Assembly (NCBI GenBank): GCA_044221825.1
Contig: JBGAOL010000002.1
Span: forward strand, 1 to 35,479
Origin: Gemmatimonadales bacterium
GTDB taxonomy: Bacteria; Gemmatimonadota; Gemmatimonadetes; Gemmatimonadales; GWC2-71-9
Direction: 5' to 3'
Length of the DNA: 35,479 nt
In this document: positions 22,847 to 35,479 of the stretch, piece after piece
Layout: each line of letters starts with the position of its first letter
How positions within the stretch are numbered: the first letter of the stretch is position 1
Notes under the pieces: model-generated
Seen by the model: the letters and a program-made list of their open reading frames with translations, nothing else
Databases searched by the model: none
Told to the model about the DNA's origin: nothing
Made by a program: the position numbers and the translations under genes

Positions 22847-25728
22847 GGCCTGCCCTCCAGGTCCCCGACCGCCGCCAGCTCGGCACGGACGCTGTCGCGC
22901 TGCGGGATGCGGGACAGCTCCGGGTCCACCCGCATGCGCAGGTAGCCCCGGTAGGCGCGGATGGCGCCGGCCCGGTCTCCCGCTGCCGCCGCCAGCTGGC
23001 CCTCGAGCCGGAGCGACTCGGCGAGCCCCATCGGCTTGGGATAACCCACCGAGCTGTAGCGCCGGCGCACGGCGCGGAGCGCGCGGTCGATGCGCCCCTC
23101 GGCCTGGTAGAGCCGGGCGAGCTGGATCGACGCCCAGTCGGCATTGCCCTCGCGGCCCACCCACATGGAGTCGGCGACATCCAGGAGGCGGGGCGCCGCC
23201 GGGTCACGGCGCTGGACGGCGATGATGGCCTCCGTGAGTGGCACCATGCGAATCCAGAACCCCTGCGTCGAGTCCTTGGCCGCCCGCTCCTTCTGGAACG
23301 CGAGGACCCGCGGCCCGACGCTCAAGTCCCCCCGGACAAGCCGGGTGAAATCCAGGAGATCGGGGCTCAGGCGCGTGCTGTCGAGGGGAGGGCCGCCATA
23401 GTAGGTGGCCATGAGCCACGGATAGACCGGGTTCGGGTCCATGGTGCGAAGCGTGTCCAGCCACCGGGCGGCCTCCGCGGGCCGGCCCCGGTTGAGCAGG
23501 ACGTACGCGCGGGAGAGCGCCATCTCGTGCCGCTCCCCCCGGGAGGCGGCCTGGGCGTGGAACAGCTCCAGCAGCTCCGGCTGGCGCACGATGGTGAGGC
23601 TGTCGAGCGGATTCTGGAAGAGGATGCCCTGCACCGCGTCGACCGGCTGGTCCTTGAGCGCAACCAGGAACCGCCGCAGCCCGACGGTGTCGCGCGTCGC
23701 CGAGAGCAGGTCCCAGCGGGCGAGCGCCACCGTCTCGGCCGTGGAATCGAGCGCCACCGCCCGCTCGGTCCAGAGGCGTTGCGCCGCGGTGTCTCCCGCG
23801 ACGAAGGCCACCCGCGCCATGTGCGCGATGGGGCTGCCGTACAGCGAATCGAGCCGGAACGCCCGCTCGAAGGCCTGCCGCGCCCGCAGCTCGGGGTCGG
23901 TGATGTCGGAAAGGCGTCCGGCATGGAACAGCGCATCGGCCAGGTAGTGCCACGCCTCGGCGCTCTCCGGAATCGACTGCACCGCGCGTTCCGCGTCCGC
24001 GATCTTGTCGGTCCACGGCGTCTGGCGCGGGTAGCGGGACCCCTGGCGCAGCGTCAGGAAGAGCTGGTCCTGCGGGTTGAGCCGACCCCGGTACTGCCAG
24101 GCGAGCCGGTTGACGCGCAGCATGTCCACGGTCGCCGGGTGCCAGCCATCGGATTCGATCAGCGCCGACAGTGCCAGCGCAAAGGTGGAATCGAGCTGGA
24201 TCGCGCGCTCGAAGGCGGGCGTCGAGAGCTGGAAGGCGCCCCGGCGGAAGGCGGCCATCCCGTCGAGATACGCCCGGAGCGCCTCGAGGCTGGTGGTGGT
24301 CAGGGCGCTCACCTGCGACGCCTGCGCCCCGGCACCGAGGGCCAGCAGTTGCGCGGTGAGGCGGTCCACCATCACGAAGAGCGAATCCTTGGGCCCGTTC
24401 ACGCTCGCCTGCGCGAGCACGCGGCCGCCCGGCATCTCCTGCAGCGTCGCGGCGATCACCAGCTGGCCGGCCGGACCCACGATGCTGCCCTGCAGCACGC
24501 GGCCCGCGCCGATCTTCCGCGCCACGCGATCAACGCCCTCGGCCGGCAGGTCGTCATCGGCGCCACCGGCATCCCGCACGGCGGCCAGCACCGAGCGGGT
24601 GTCGGCGGAGCGCGGTCCGCCCTCGCCGGTGAGCTTGGCCTGCAGCAGGTCCACCATGCCCTGGCGCAGGTACTGGACGCTCGGATCCGCGCCCGCCACG
24701 CGAAACGGCAGCACGGCGACGAGGTGCGGATCGAGCTCACGGCCGCCCCGTGCCCACGGCCGCCACACGCCGAGGGCCACCGCCACCACCAGTCCCAGCG
24801 CCCCGGCGATCGTGGCGATGCGCGTCCCCCGCCCGCTGGCCGGGCCGGCGGCCACCGGCCGGGTGCTCGTCGGGGTCATCCCGCCGCTCGGCGTCGCCAG
24901 CGGCTCGAGCGCGGCGCCGAGCTCCTCGGCGGTCTGGAAGCGGTCGGCCGGACGCTTGGCGAGGCAGCGCATGATGGCCGTCTCGAGCGCCGGCGCGAGC
25001 CCCGCCCGCTGCTGGCCCACGGGCGTGGGCTCCTTCATCACGTGCGCCGCGAGCATCTGCTGCGGGTTCAGCCCGTGGAAGGGTGGGAAGCCCGTGAGCA
25101 TCTCGTAGCCCATCACGCCGAGGGCGTAGATGTCCACGCGGGCGTCCATCTGCGGGTCGGCCGAGGCCTGCTCGGGGGCCATGTAGGTGGGGGTGCCGAG
25201 GGCCACGCCGGCGGTGGTGAGCTGCTGGCGGCCGGACGCCTCGGTCACCGCCTTGGCGATGCCGAAGTCCATCACCAGCGCGTGGCGCCCCGAGAGCAGG
25301 ATGTTCTCCGGCTTGATGTCGCGGTGGACCACGCCGGCGTGGTGCGCCACGGCGAGCGCCTCGGCGATCTCGCCGAGCAGGCGCACGGCGTCGGGCACGG
25401 GGAGCTCGCCGGTGCGCGTGAGGCGGTCGCGCAGGGTCTCGCCCTCGACGTAGGGCATCACGTAGTAGAAGAAGCCCTGCGCCTCGCCGGAATCGAGCAC
25501 GCCGAGGATGTGGGGATGCTGCAGCCGCGCGGCCACCTCGATTTCGCGCAGGAAGCGGTCCGAGCCGAGCGTGGCCGCGAGGTCGGGCCGGAGCACCTTG
25601 AGCGCCACCTTGCGGTGATGCTTCAGGTCCTCGGCCAGGTAGACGGTGGCCATGCCACCCTGGCCGAGCTCGCGCTCGAGGCGGTAGCGGTCGGCGAGGG
25701 CGTCGCGGAGGCGGTCGTTCAGGGTCAT
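22843..25728 (-). CDS. Receptor-type Ser/Thr protein kinase with extracytoplasmic VAVLPF-type domain and TPR-like repeats (paralog K3)
   Basis: ATG at 25728 (MTLNDRLRDALADRYRLERELGQGGMATVYL) gives 961 aa. Kinase motifs are HRDIKPENILL, MDFGIAKA and YMAPEQ. The TM segment is IATIAGALGLVVAVALGVW. VAVLPFRVAG and multiple TPR-like helical pairs follow (e.g. AEAWHYLADALFHAGR, RAYVLLNRGRPAEAARWLD, ARLYQAEGRIDRALRAV). The 178 upstream codons of ORF 22843-26262 overlap K4 out of frame. Confidence 0.85.
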   Translation of the reverse strand: MTLNDRLRDALADRYRLERELGQGGMATVYLAEDLKHHRKVALKVLRPDLAATLGSDRFLREIEVAARLQHPHILGVLDSGEAQGFFYYVMPYVEGETLRDRLTRTGELPVPDAVRLLGEIAEALAVAHHAGVVHRDIKPENILLSGRHALVMDFGIAKAVTEASGRQQLTTAGVALGTPTYMAPEQASADPQMDARVDIYALGVMGYEMLTGFPPFHGLNPQQMLAAHVMKEPTPVGQQRAGLAPALETAIMRCLAKRPADRFQTAEELGAALEPLATPSGGMTPTSTRPVAAGPASGRGTRIATIAGALGLVVAVALGVWRPWARGGRELDPHLVAVLPFRVAGADPSVQYLRQGMVDLLQAKLTGEGGPRSADTRSVLAAVRDAGGADDDLPAEGVDRVARKIGAGRVLQGSIVGPAGQLVIAATLQEMPGGRVLAQASVNGPKDSLFVMVDRLTAQLLALGAGAQASQVSALTTTSLEALRAYLDGMAAFRRGAFQLSTPAFERAIQLDSTFALALSALIESDGWHPATVDMLRVNRLAWQYRGRLNPQDQLFLTLRQGSRYPRQTPWTDKIADAERAVQSIPESAEAWHYLADALFHAGRLSDITDPELRARQAFERAFRLDSLYGSPIAHMARVAFVAGDTAAQRLWTERAVALDSTAETVALARWDLLSATRDTVGLRRFLVALKDQPVDAVQGILFQNPLDSLTIVRQPELLELFHAQAASRGERHEMALSRAYVLLNRGRPAEAARWLDTLRTMDPNPVYPWLMATYYGGPPLDSTRLSPDLLDFTRLVRGDLSVGPRVLAFQKERAAKDSTQGFWIRMVPLTEAIIAVQRRDPAAPRLLDVADSMWVGREGNADWASIQLARLYQAEGRIDRALRAVRRRYSSVGYPKPMGLAESLRLEGQLAAAAGDRAGAIRAYRGYLRMRVDPELSRIPQRDSVRAELAAVGDLEGRP

Positions 25729-28390
25729 GACTTCACCTTGGCGCGGAGCTCGGTGAACCAGTCCTCCACGTAGAAGACGTTCTCGCTCGCGGGCCCGGCC
25801 AGGTCCTTGATCATCAGGAAGCGCTGGTCGCCCGGCGCGACGTCGTACTGCTGGCGGTTGCGGGCGGCGATGTAGCCGTCGAGGCGGAAGAGCGGGCGCG
25901 GCGTGCCGGCCGTGAAGCTGGCTCCCGTGGTGACGGGCACCGCCATCAGGTGCGTGGGGCTCTTGTAGAAGAGTTCGCGCCCGCTGTGCGCCCAGCGGAC
26001 CTCGGTGCCGCCGCCGCTCGAGATGGGCCGCCGCCACGCCACCGAGGGGAAGGGCGAGACGTAGACCTCGAGCGCCCCATCGGCGTCCGAGGAATAGGCG
26101 ATGTACTTCCCGTCCGGCGACAGGTCGAAGATCGAGGTGCGGTCGGCGCCGATGAGCAGGCCCATGAGTACGGTGTCGCCGCTGGTGCGCCGGTAGCGGA
26201 TGTTGCCGTCGCCGCCCTCCTCGTCGGCGCGGACCACGAGGTACTGCCCGTCCCGCGTCCATTCTACTTCCCAGAGCCCGAAGCGGTGGTCGGCGACGAT
26301 CACGGGCGGGGCGCTGCCGTCCACCGGCACCATGAAGGCGTCGTAGGCGTCCTGGCCCTCGCGGCCGGTGGCGTTGGAGAGGTAGGCCAGCGCCGTGCCG
26401 TCGGCGCGCCAGTGGGGGCGCCAGTTCACCGTGCCCTGCTGGGTGATCCGCTGGCGGGTGCGGTCGTCGCGCCAGAGCCAGAGCTGGGTGCCGTCCTCCA
26501 TGATGCTCAGCGCGATGGCCTTCCCGTCGGGGGCGATGGCGGGATAGACGAACCGCGCGTGCCAGGTGCTGTCCACCGCCCGGGCCGAGCCGTCGCGGGC
26601 CACCCAGGTGAGCTCACGGGAGGCGTGGCCCAGGCCGCCGCCGGTGCTGTAGAGCAGCGCGCCGGTGCCGGCGAGCGCCACGGTGCCGGGCTCCACGTCC
26701 TCGAGCACGGGGACGGCGCCGCCCGTCAGCTGCATTGCATTGAGGTCGAACGGTGCCGCGAACAGGCCACCCTCCCGGGAGGTGTACAGCAGGTGGCCGG
26801 TAGGCGCGTACCAGGCCCCCGCCGCATCCTTGGCCAAGAGGCGTGCGCTGTCGGCGCCGAAGTCCCAGACATAGATCGACGACGCCACGCCGCAGTTGCC
26901 GGGACACTGGGTGAACAGGAGGCCGCGGCTCCCGGGGAGCGGGGTGATGGCGGCCGTGGTGCGCCGGATCATCAGGGAGTCGCCCTCGACCCGCACGGCC
27001 GCCCCGCCGGCCGCCGGCAGTCGGACGATCTGGTTCCCCTGGTTGACGTAGAGAATGGTCCCGTCGTCGAGCCACGCCGCATTGCCGTACACCAGGTTCA
27101 CGTCCTCGGCCAGCGTCACCGCGCCGCCGCCCGCGACGGGGACCTTGCGGAGCTTCTCGCCGCTCACGAAGCCCACCCACTGGCCGTCCGGGGAGAAGAA
27201 CGGGGAGATGGCGCCCTCGGTGCCGGCGATCGGCACCGGTTCGCCCTCGTGGCGGAGCTTGCGATAGAGGCGGAGCTGGCCGTCGGCGGAGTCGGCGAAG
27301 ACGATGCTGGTGGCGTCGGGCGCCAGCGCCGCCTGCGCGGCGAGCCGCTGCACCCCGGGCGAGAGAATCGACCCGAAGGCATGGCGCCACAGCAGCACCC
27401 GCTGGCGCGAGGGCAGCTCGGCCGGGCGCGGGCGGAAGGCCTGCGCGGCGAGGGCCAGGAGGAGCACCACGTTGAGTGCCGCGAGCGGCAGCAGCCAGCG
27501 CGGGCGCGCACCACTCGCCGCGGCGGGTGCCGTCGCCCGCGTCCCCGCGCCCGCGCCGTAGCGCACATCGCCGAGCGCGTCGGCGAAGGCGCGCGCGGAC
27601 TCGAAGCGGTCGGCGGGCAGCTTCTCGATGGCCTGCGCCACGGCGGCCGCCACGTGCGGCGGCACGCTCTTCCGCACCCTGGTGACCGGGGCCGCCTCCT
27701 CGGTCACGATCTTCATGATGATCTGCTGCGCCGACGCGCCCACGTGCGGCGGGTTGCCGGTGAGCATTTCGTAGCAGACGCTGCCGAGCGAGTAGATGTC
27801 GCTCTTGGCCGTCAGCTCCTTCTCCGCCGTGGCCTGCTCCGGCGACATGTAGTGCGGCGTGCCGAGCGAGAGGCCCGTCTCCGTCATGCGGCCACCCGCG
27901 GCGGCGCTGAGCGCCAGCGCGATGCCGAAGTCCGCCACCATGGGGCGGCCATCGTGCAGGAGGATGTTCTCCGGCTTGATGTCGCGGTGGATCACGCCGT
28001 GGCGGTGGGCGTAGTCGAGCGCGTCGGCCACGGCCACGGTGATGCGCACGGCCTCGTCGATGCCGAGCTGGGTCTCGCGATCGAGCTTGCTCCGGAGCGT
28101 CTCGCCGTCGATGAACGGCATCACGTAGTAGAGGAAGCCCCCGGCCTCGCCGCTGTCGAAGAGCGGGAGGATGTGCGGGTGCTGGAGTGCCGCCGTGGTC
28201 TTGATCTCCACCACGAAGCGTTCGGCGCCTAACATAGCCGCGAGCTCGGGCTTGAGGACCTTGACCGCCACCTTGCGGTCGTGCTTCAGGTCGTGGGCCA
28301 GGTAGACGCTCGCCATGCCGCCCTCGCCGAGCTTCCGCTCTAGGCGGTAGCGGTCGGCGAGGGCCTGGGCCAGGCGCTCCGGGGCGGCGG

Positions 28391-28394
<4 letters not shown>
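25725..28394 (-). CDS. Receptor-type Ser/Thr protein kinase with TolB/PD40-like beta-propeller (paralog K4)
   Basis: ATG at 28394 (MTAAPERLAQALADRYRLERKLGEGGMASVYL) gives 889 aa, with full kinase motifs, a TM segment (WLLPLAALNVVLLLALAAQAF), SPDG repeats and the C-terminal FYVEDWFTELRAKV. This is only the 3' part of the 1940-aa track ORF 25725-31547. Confidence 0.9.
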
Positions 28395-31047
<2,653 letters not shown>

Positions 31048-31051
<4 letters not shown>

Positions 31052-33714
31052 GGGGCCCCCGCCATCTTGGCCTTGGCCTCGCCGTCCCAGTGGAGCACCA
31101 CCACCAGCTGCCGCGCGGCGTCGATGGGCACCTCGGCCCGCGAGAGGAAGATGAAGCCCTTGTCCCCGGGGAGCGCCGTGAACGCCTGGTGGTAGGGGAA
31201 GAGGACGAAGCTGCGGGTGCTGAAGAGCGACCGGCGGCTGGTGGGCTGGAACTCCGTGGTGCCGCCCGTGCCCACGGCCACCAGCGTGTCCGCCCGCTCC
31301 ACGTAGTAGAGCTCGCGCCCCGAGGCCGACCACACCGGGTGCGCCCCACCCGCGATGGACACCTGGGTGCGGCCCTGCTCCACCGCCGGGAACGGCCGCA
31401 CGAAGACCTCCTCGCGCCCCGACTCCACCGAGACGTAGGCGATCCACTTCCCGTCGGGGGAGAGCGCCGGCATGTACTCGTCGGCGCGGCCGGCGGCGAT
31501 AGTGACGCGGCTCGTGTCGCCGGTGGTGCGGCGGGCGTAGATGTCACGGACGCCAGGTACGGTGCCGGTGCGGTAGATGAGCCACTGCCCGTCGGCGGAC
31601 CAGAGCGCCTCGTCCACCTGCGCCGTGTCGCCCGGGAGGAGGCGGACCGGCTGGTCGCTGCCGTCGGCCCGGATCCGGTAGAGGTAGGTGCGCGAGCGGT
31701 CGCGGTCGGAGCTGAAGCTGATGGAGCGGCCGTCGGGGAGCCAGGCCGGCCGGTAGTTGATGGAGCCGTCGAAGCTGAGGCGGGTGAGCGGGCCCTGGTC
31801 GAGCTGCTTCACCCAGAGGATGTTGCCGGTCGGCTCCGCGGTGCTCACCACGAGCCGGCGCCCGTCGGGGGAGAGGGCCAGGCTCGTGAAGCGGGCCCGC
31901 CAGGAGGGATCCACCACGCGGGCGCGCCCCGCCAGGTCCACGGTGCTGACGGTGCCCACCCCCGCCACCTGGTTGGCCGGCAGGTACACCAGCGTCCCGT
32001 CGTCGGCCAGGGCCACCTCGGGCACCACGCCGATCTCGAGCTGCACCCCGTTCAGGAGCGGCACCGGCGGCCGCTCGAAGCGGAGCTTGTCCAGGTCGAA
32101 CGGCGCCCCGGCCAGCGTCCCGTCCGACTGCAGCACCACCAGCCGCCCGTCGCCGAGGTAGAAGCCGCGCGAGGTGTTCCGGGCCAGCGTGTCCATGGCC
32201 CGCGTGGCCAGGTTGAGCGCCAGCAGGTGCTCCGACGCGCAGTTGTTGCTGCAGAGGGTGAGGAGGACCACGTCGTTGCGGGGCACGCGCGTGGGGAAGG
32301 CCATCACGCCGTCGGCCGGGGCGGGGAGCACCTCGGTGGCCGCGCCGCCGCCCGCCGGGACCATCCGGAGGCCGAAGGCGTCGCTGGTGTAGATGATCCG
32401 GTCGTCGGCCAGCCAGGCGCCGCCGGGGAGGATGCTGCTGGCACCGCCCGCCAGCTCCACGGGCGCCCCGCCGGCCACCGGCACCTTGTAGAGCTTGCTG
32501 TCCGCGATGTAGCCCACCCACTTGCCGTCGGGCGAGAAGAAGGGCCCGTCGCCGCCGTCCGTGCCCTCGAGGGTGCGCACCTGGAGGTCGCCGAGGTCGC
32601 GCACCGCGATGCGGGTGGGCCCGGGCTCGTTGGCGGCCACGTAGGCGAGGCGCCGCCCGTCGGGGGAGAGCGCGAAGGCGACGCCATAGTAGCCGACGTG
32701 GTTGACGCGGAGGGCGGGCAGGTCGAGCCCGAGTCGGGTCACCGGCGCGGGCGCCGGCCGCCACACCTTCACCGCCAGCGCGAGCGCGGCCAGCGTCGAG
32801 ACCATCGCCACGACGCCGAGCACGCGCATGGCGAGCGGCGGTGCCGCGGGCCGCGCCGCGGCGCGCGAGGCCGTCGCGGGCCGCGCGCCCTCGTCCCGGA
32901 GCGCGGCCGCGAACTCCGCGGCACTCGCAAAGCGGTCCGCCGGCAGCTTCTCGAGGGCGGTGAAGACCGCCGCCTCCACGTGCGCCGGCACCGTGCGCCG
33001 CTGCTCCGTGAGGCTTGCTGGCTCCGCCGTCATCACCCGCGCCACGATGGCCTGCGCCGTGGGGCCGGTGAAGGGCGGTTCGCCGGCCAGCATCTCGTAC
33101 GTCGTGACGCCGAGCGCGTAGAGGTCGGCGCGGGCCGTGATCTCCCGCTCGCCCATGGCCTGCTCCGGCGCCATGTACTGCGGCGTGCCGAGGCTCATGC
33201 CGGTCTCGGTCATCCGCGAGCCGCCCGCCTTGCTCGCCGCGAGCGCGATCCCGAAGTCGGCGACGAGGGCGCGGCCCTCGTGGAGCAGGATGTTCTCGGG
33301 CTTGATGTCGCGGTGGATGACGCCGTGGCGGTGGGCATAGTCGAGCGCACCGGCCACCTCGCCCGCGATGCGCACGGCATCCGCCACCGGCAGCTGCTTC
33401 TCGCGCGTGAGCCGGTCGCGGAGGGATTCGCCCTCGATGAACGGCATCACGTAGAAGAGCTGGCCGCCCGCCTCCCCGCTGTCGAAGAGCGGCAGGATGT
33501 GCGGGTGCTGGAGGTTCGCGGTGGTCTTGATCTCGGCCAGGAAGCGCTCCGCACCGAGAATGGCGGCGAGCTCCGGGCGGAGCACCTTCATGGCCACCGG
33601 GCGGCCGTGCTTCTCGTCGTCCGCCAGGTACACGCTCGCCATGCCGCCCTCGCCGAGCTTGCGCTGCAGGCGGTAGCGGCCGGCGAGGGCGGCGGCGAGG
33701 CGCTCGGGGATCAC
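31048..33714 (-). CDS. Receptor-type Ser/Thr protein kinase with TolB/PD40-like beta-propeller (paralog K6)
   Basis: GTG at 33714 (V-IPERLAAALAGRYRLQRKLGEGGMASVYL) gives 888 aa, with kinase motifs, a TM segment (VLGVVAMVSTLAALALAVKVW) and SPDG repeats. Its stop overlaps the K5 GTG. Confidence 0.85.
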
Positions 33715-35479
33715 CGGCTGCCCGCCTTCCGCTCGAGCTCCGTGAGCATCCCCTCCACCACCACCAGCGGCAGGTCCTCTCCCGTCCCATGGGACACGAG
33801 CCGCGCCATCAGGAAGCGGCCGTCCGGCGCCACGTCGAAGGGGGTGTAGAACTCCGCCTGGCCCAGGTAGTGCCGCTCGCTGAGTGGGAAGAGGGTCACG
33901 TGCTCGCCGAGCCGGGGTTCTGCGCCTGGCGTCACCGCCACGGCCGTCAGGCGCCGGTCCGCGTTTACGTAGAAGAGCTCGCGCCCATTCCGTGACCAGA
34001 GCGGTGCCACCCCGCCATCGGTGGAGACCTGCCACTTGCCCGCGCTGGTGCTCGGGAAGGGCCGCAGGAACACCTCGGTGCGCCCCGTCTCGTTCGACTC
34101 GTAGGCCAGCCAGCGCCCATCCGGCGAGAGCGCGATGGCCTCCTCATCGTGCTTGGTGACCACCACCGGCACCGGGACGCTGTCGATCCCGGGCCGCAGG
34201 CCCACGATGTCCCGCCCGCCGGTCTGCCCGATGATGCCGCCGGTGCGGAAGAGGAGCCACCGCCCGTCGGGGGACCAGGTCGCCTCATAGACCCCGGCCT
34301 GGGAGTGAAAGAGGAGGGAGTCCGCCCCGGTGCCGTCGGCCCGCCGCAGGAAGAGGCCGCCGGCAGTGGCGCTGAGGCGGGCGGCGGCGAACATGAGGGT
34401 TCGGCCGTCGCGCATCCAGCGGGGCCGGAACTCCGGCGCCGCCTCCGAGGTGACCCGGGAGAGCGGGCCGCGCGGCAGCTGCTTCACCCAGATGTCGTCG
34501 CCCGCCTCGGTGTGGAGGCCAAGCGCCACCCTCGAGCCGTCCGGCGAGAGCGCCCATCCAGCGTTGTTGCCGAAGCTGGTGAGCGCGAACGTCCACCCCG
34601 GGTCCACCGGCGTCTCGCGCCCGCCGCGGTCCACCCAGACCAGCTCATACTGCCGGACCAGCTGCTCCGGCGAGCCGCGCCGGAACACCACCGTGCCGGA
34701 AGCGGACAGCCCCACGAGGGGAAACACCACGTCGGTAAGCGCGATGCTGTCCAGCACAGGGACGGGGGTCCCCGAGGGCTTGAGGGTCGAGAGATCGAAC
34801 GGCACCGCCAGCATCACGCCATCCCGGCGGATGTAGGCCAAGTGCCCCGTCGGGAAGTAGAAGCCCAGGACGGCGCCGGCCACGACCTCGTGCGAGGTGC
34901 GGGTCCGGAGGTCGAGCACCCACACATCCGCTTGCGTCCGGCAGTCCGGCAGGCACCGCGTGTAGAGGATGCCGCGCGCGCCGGGCAGCGCCGCGAGCAA
35001 CACCCCCACCGAGCCGTCCACCGGCAGGTCCTCCACCGTCCCGCCGTCCGCGGGGATGCGCCGGAGGAGCGCACCCCCGGTGGGGGCACCCGAGCTGTAC
35101 GCGATGGTGTTATCGTCGAGCCATGTGATCCCCACCACGCCCGCCGCCCACCCGGCGAGGGTGACAGCCGCTCCGCCCGCCGCCGGCACCTTCCGCAACT
35201 GCTCGCCAACGCGGAAGGCGAGCCACTGGCCGTCCGGGGACCACGTGAAGTCGGCCACCCCGTCGCTGCCGAGCACCGGCCTGGCGTCGAAGCTGTCGCG
35301 CGCCTTGATCCAGAACTGCGGCACCCGCCCTGCGCCGACACTCGGCGCGAGGTAGCCGATGCGTGAGCCGTCCGGGGAGGGCAGGCCGCTCCACAACGCA
35401 AATGGCGCCTGGCCCGGCGGCAGGGCAAGTCCGAAGCGCGCCAGCGGCGTCTCCGCCGGACGCCGGGCCGCCGCCACCG
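33711..35479 (-). CDS. TolB/PD40-like beta-propeller region, probably the C-terminal part of a further kinase paralog (K7; 5' end outside the window)
   Basis: The reading frame is open to the window edge. It shows SPDG repeats and the same C-terminal tail type (VVVEGMLTELERK). Its stop overlaps the K6 GTG. A kinase domain is inferred from the paralogs and is not visible. Confidence 0.75.
   Translation of the reverse strand, partial: VAAARRPAETPLARFGLALPPGQAPFALWSGLPSPDGSRIGYLAPSVGAGRVPQFWIKARDSFDARPVLGSDGVADFTWSPDGQWLAFRVGEQLRKVPAAGGAAVTLAGWAAGVVGITWLDDNTIAYSSGAPTGGALLRRIPADGGTVEDLPVDGSVGVLLAALPGARGILYTRCLPDCRTQADVWVLDLRTRTSHEVVAGAVLGFYFPTGHLAYIRRDGVMLAVPFDLSTLKPSGTPVPVLDSIALTDVVFPLVGLSASGTVVFRRGSPEQLVRQYELVWVDRGGRETPVDPGWTFALTSFGNNAGWALSPDGSRVALGLHTEAGDDIWVKQLPRGPLSRVTSEAAPEFRPRWMRDGRTLMFAAARLSATAGGLFLRRADGTGADSLLFHSQAGVYEATWSPDGRWLLFRTGGIIGQTGGRDIVGLRPGIDSVPVPVVVTKHDEEAIALSPDGRWLAYESNETGRTEVFLRPFPSTSAGKWQVSTDGGVAPLWSRNGRELFYVNADRRLTAVAVTPGAEPRLGEHVTLFPLSERHYLGQAEFYTPFDVAPDGRFLMARLVSHGTGEDLPLVVVEGMLTELERKAGSR

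Overview
High-GC bacterial chromosomal window. Spot counts of single 60-nt lines give about 70-75% G+C in the flanking genes. The gene content looks like Gemmatimonadota or Acidobacteriota, but that is inference only. There are four blocks. (1) 1-2338 (+): the tail of an upstream gene, an AsnB-family glutamine amidotransferase and a stand-alone acyl carrier protein. (2) 2368-6725 (-): an operon of a Zn-ribbon/SH3 membrane protein, a PP2C phosphatase and a receptor Ser/Thr kinase with a TolB-like propeller. (3) 6842-12224: a corrinoid methyltransferase cluster. It holds a homocysteine S-methyltransferase-domain gene divergent from a tightly packed operon of corrinoid protein, non-pyrrolysine MttB-family methyltransferase, MetH-activation-domain-like protein and a 2Fe-2S/ASKHA reductive activase. 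(4) 12246-35479 (-): a family of receptor Ser/Thr kinase paralogs, with six full-length genes in the whole window, one partial gene and one 5' remnant. At least five of these are chained by 4-nt ATGA/GTGA stop/start overlaps. This array is interrupted at about 14.9-22.8 kb by a lower-GC island. The island carries a Type I R-M operon (HTH-fused hsdM, hsdS, hsdR, short DUF45 metallohydrolase) and a divergent Fic-family gene. The two are separated by a roughly 28% G+C intergenic region with two tandem palindromic operator-like sites. A 24-codon kinase 5' remnant, still coupled by GTGA to the upstream kinase, marks the right island junction. No tRNA, rRNA, CRISPR array, integrase or transposase was recognised. 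Many long ORFs in the track are antisense or alternate-frame shadows typical of high-GC DNA.
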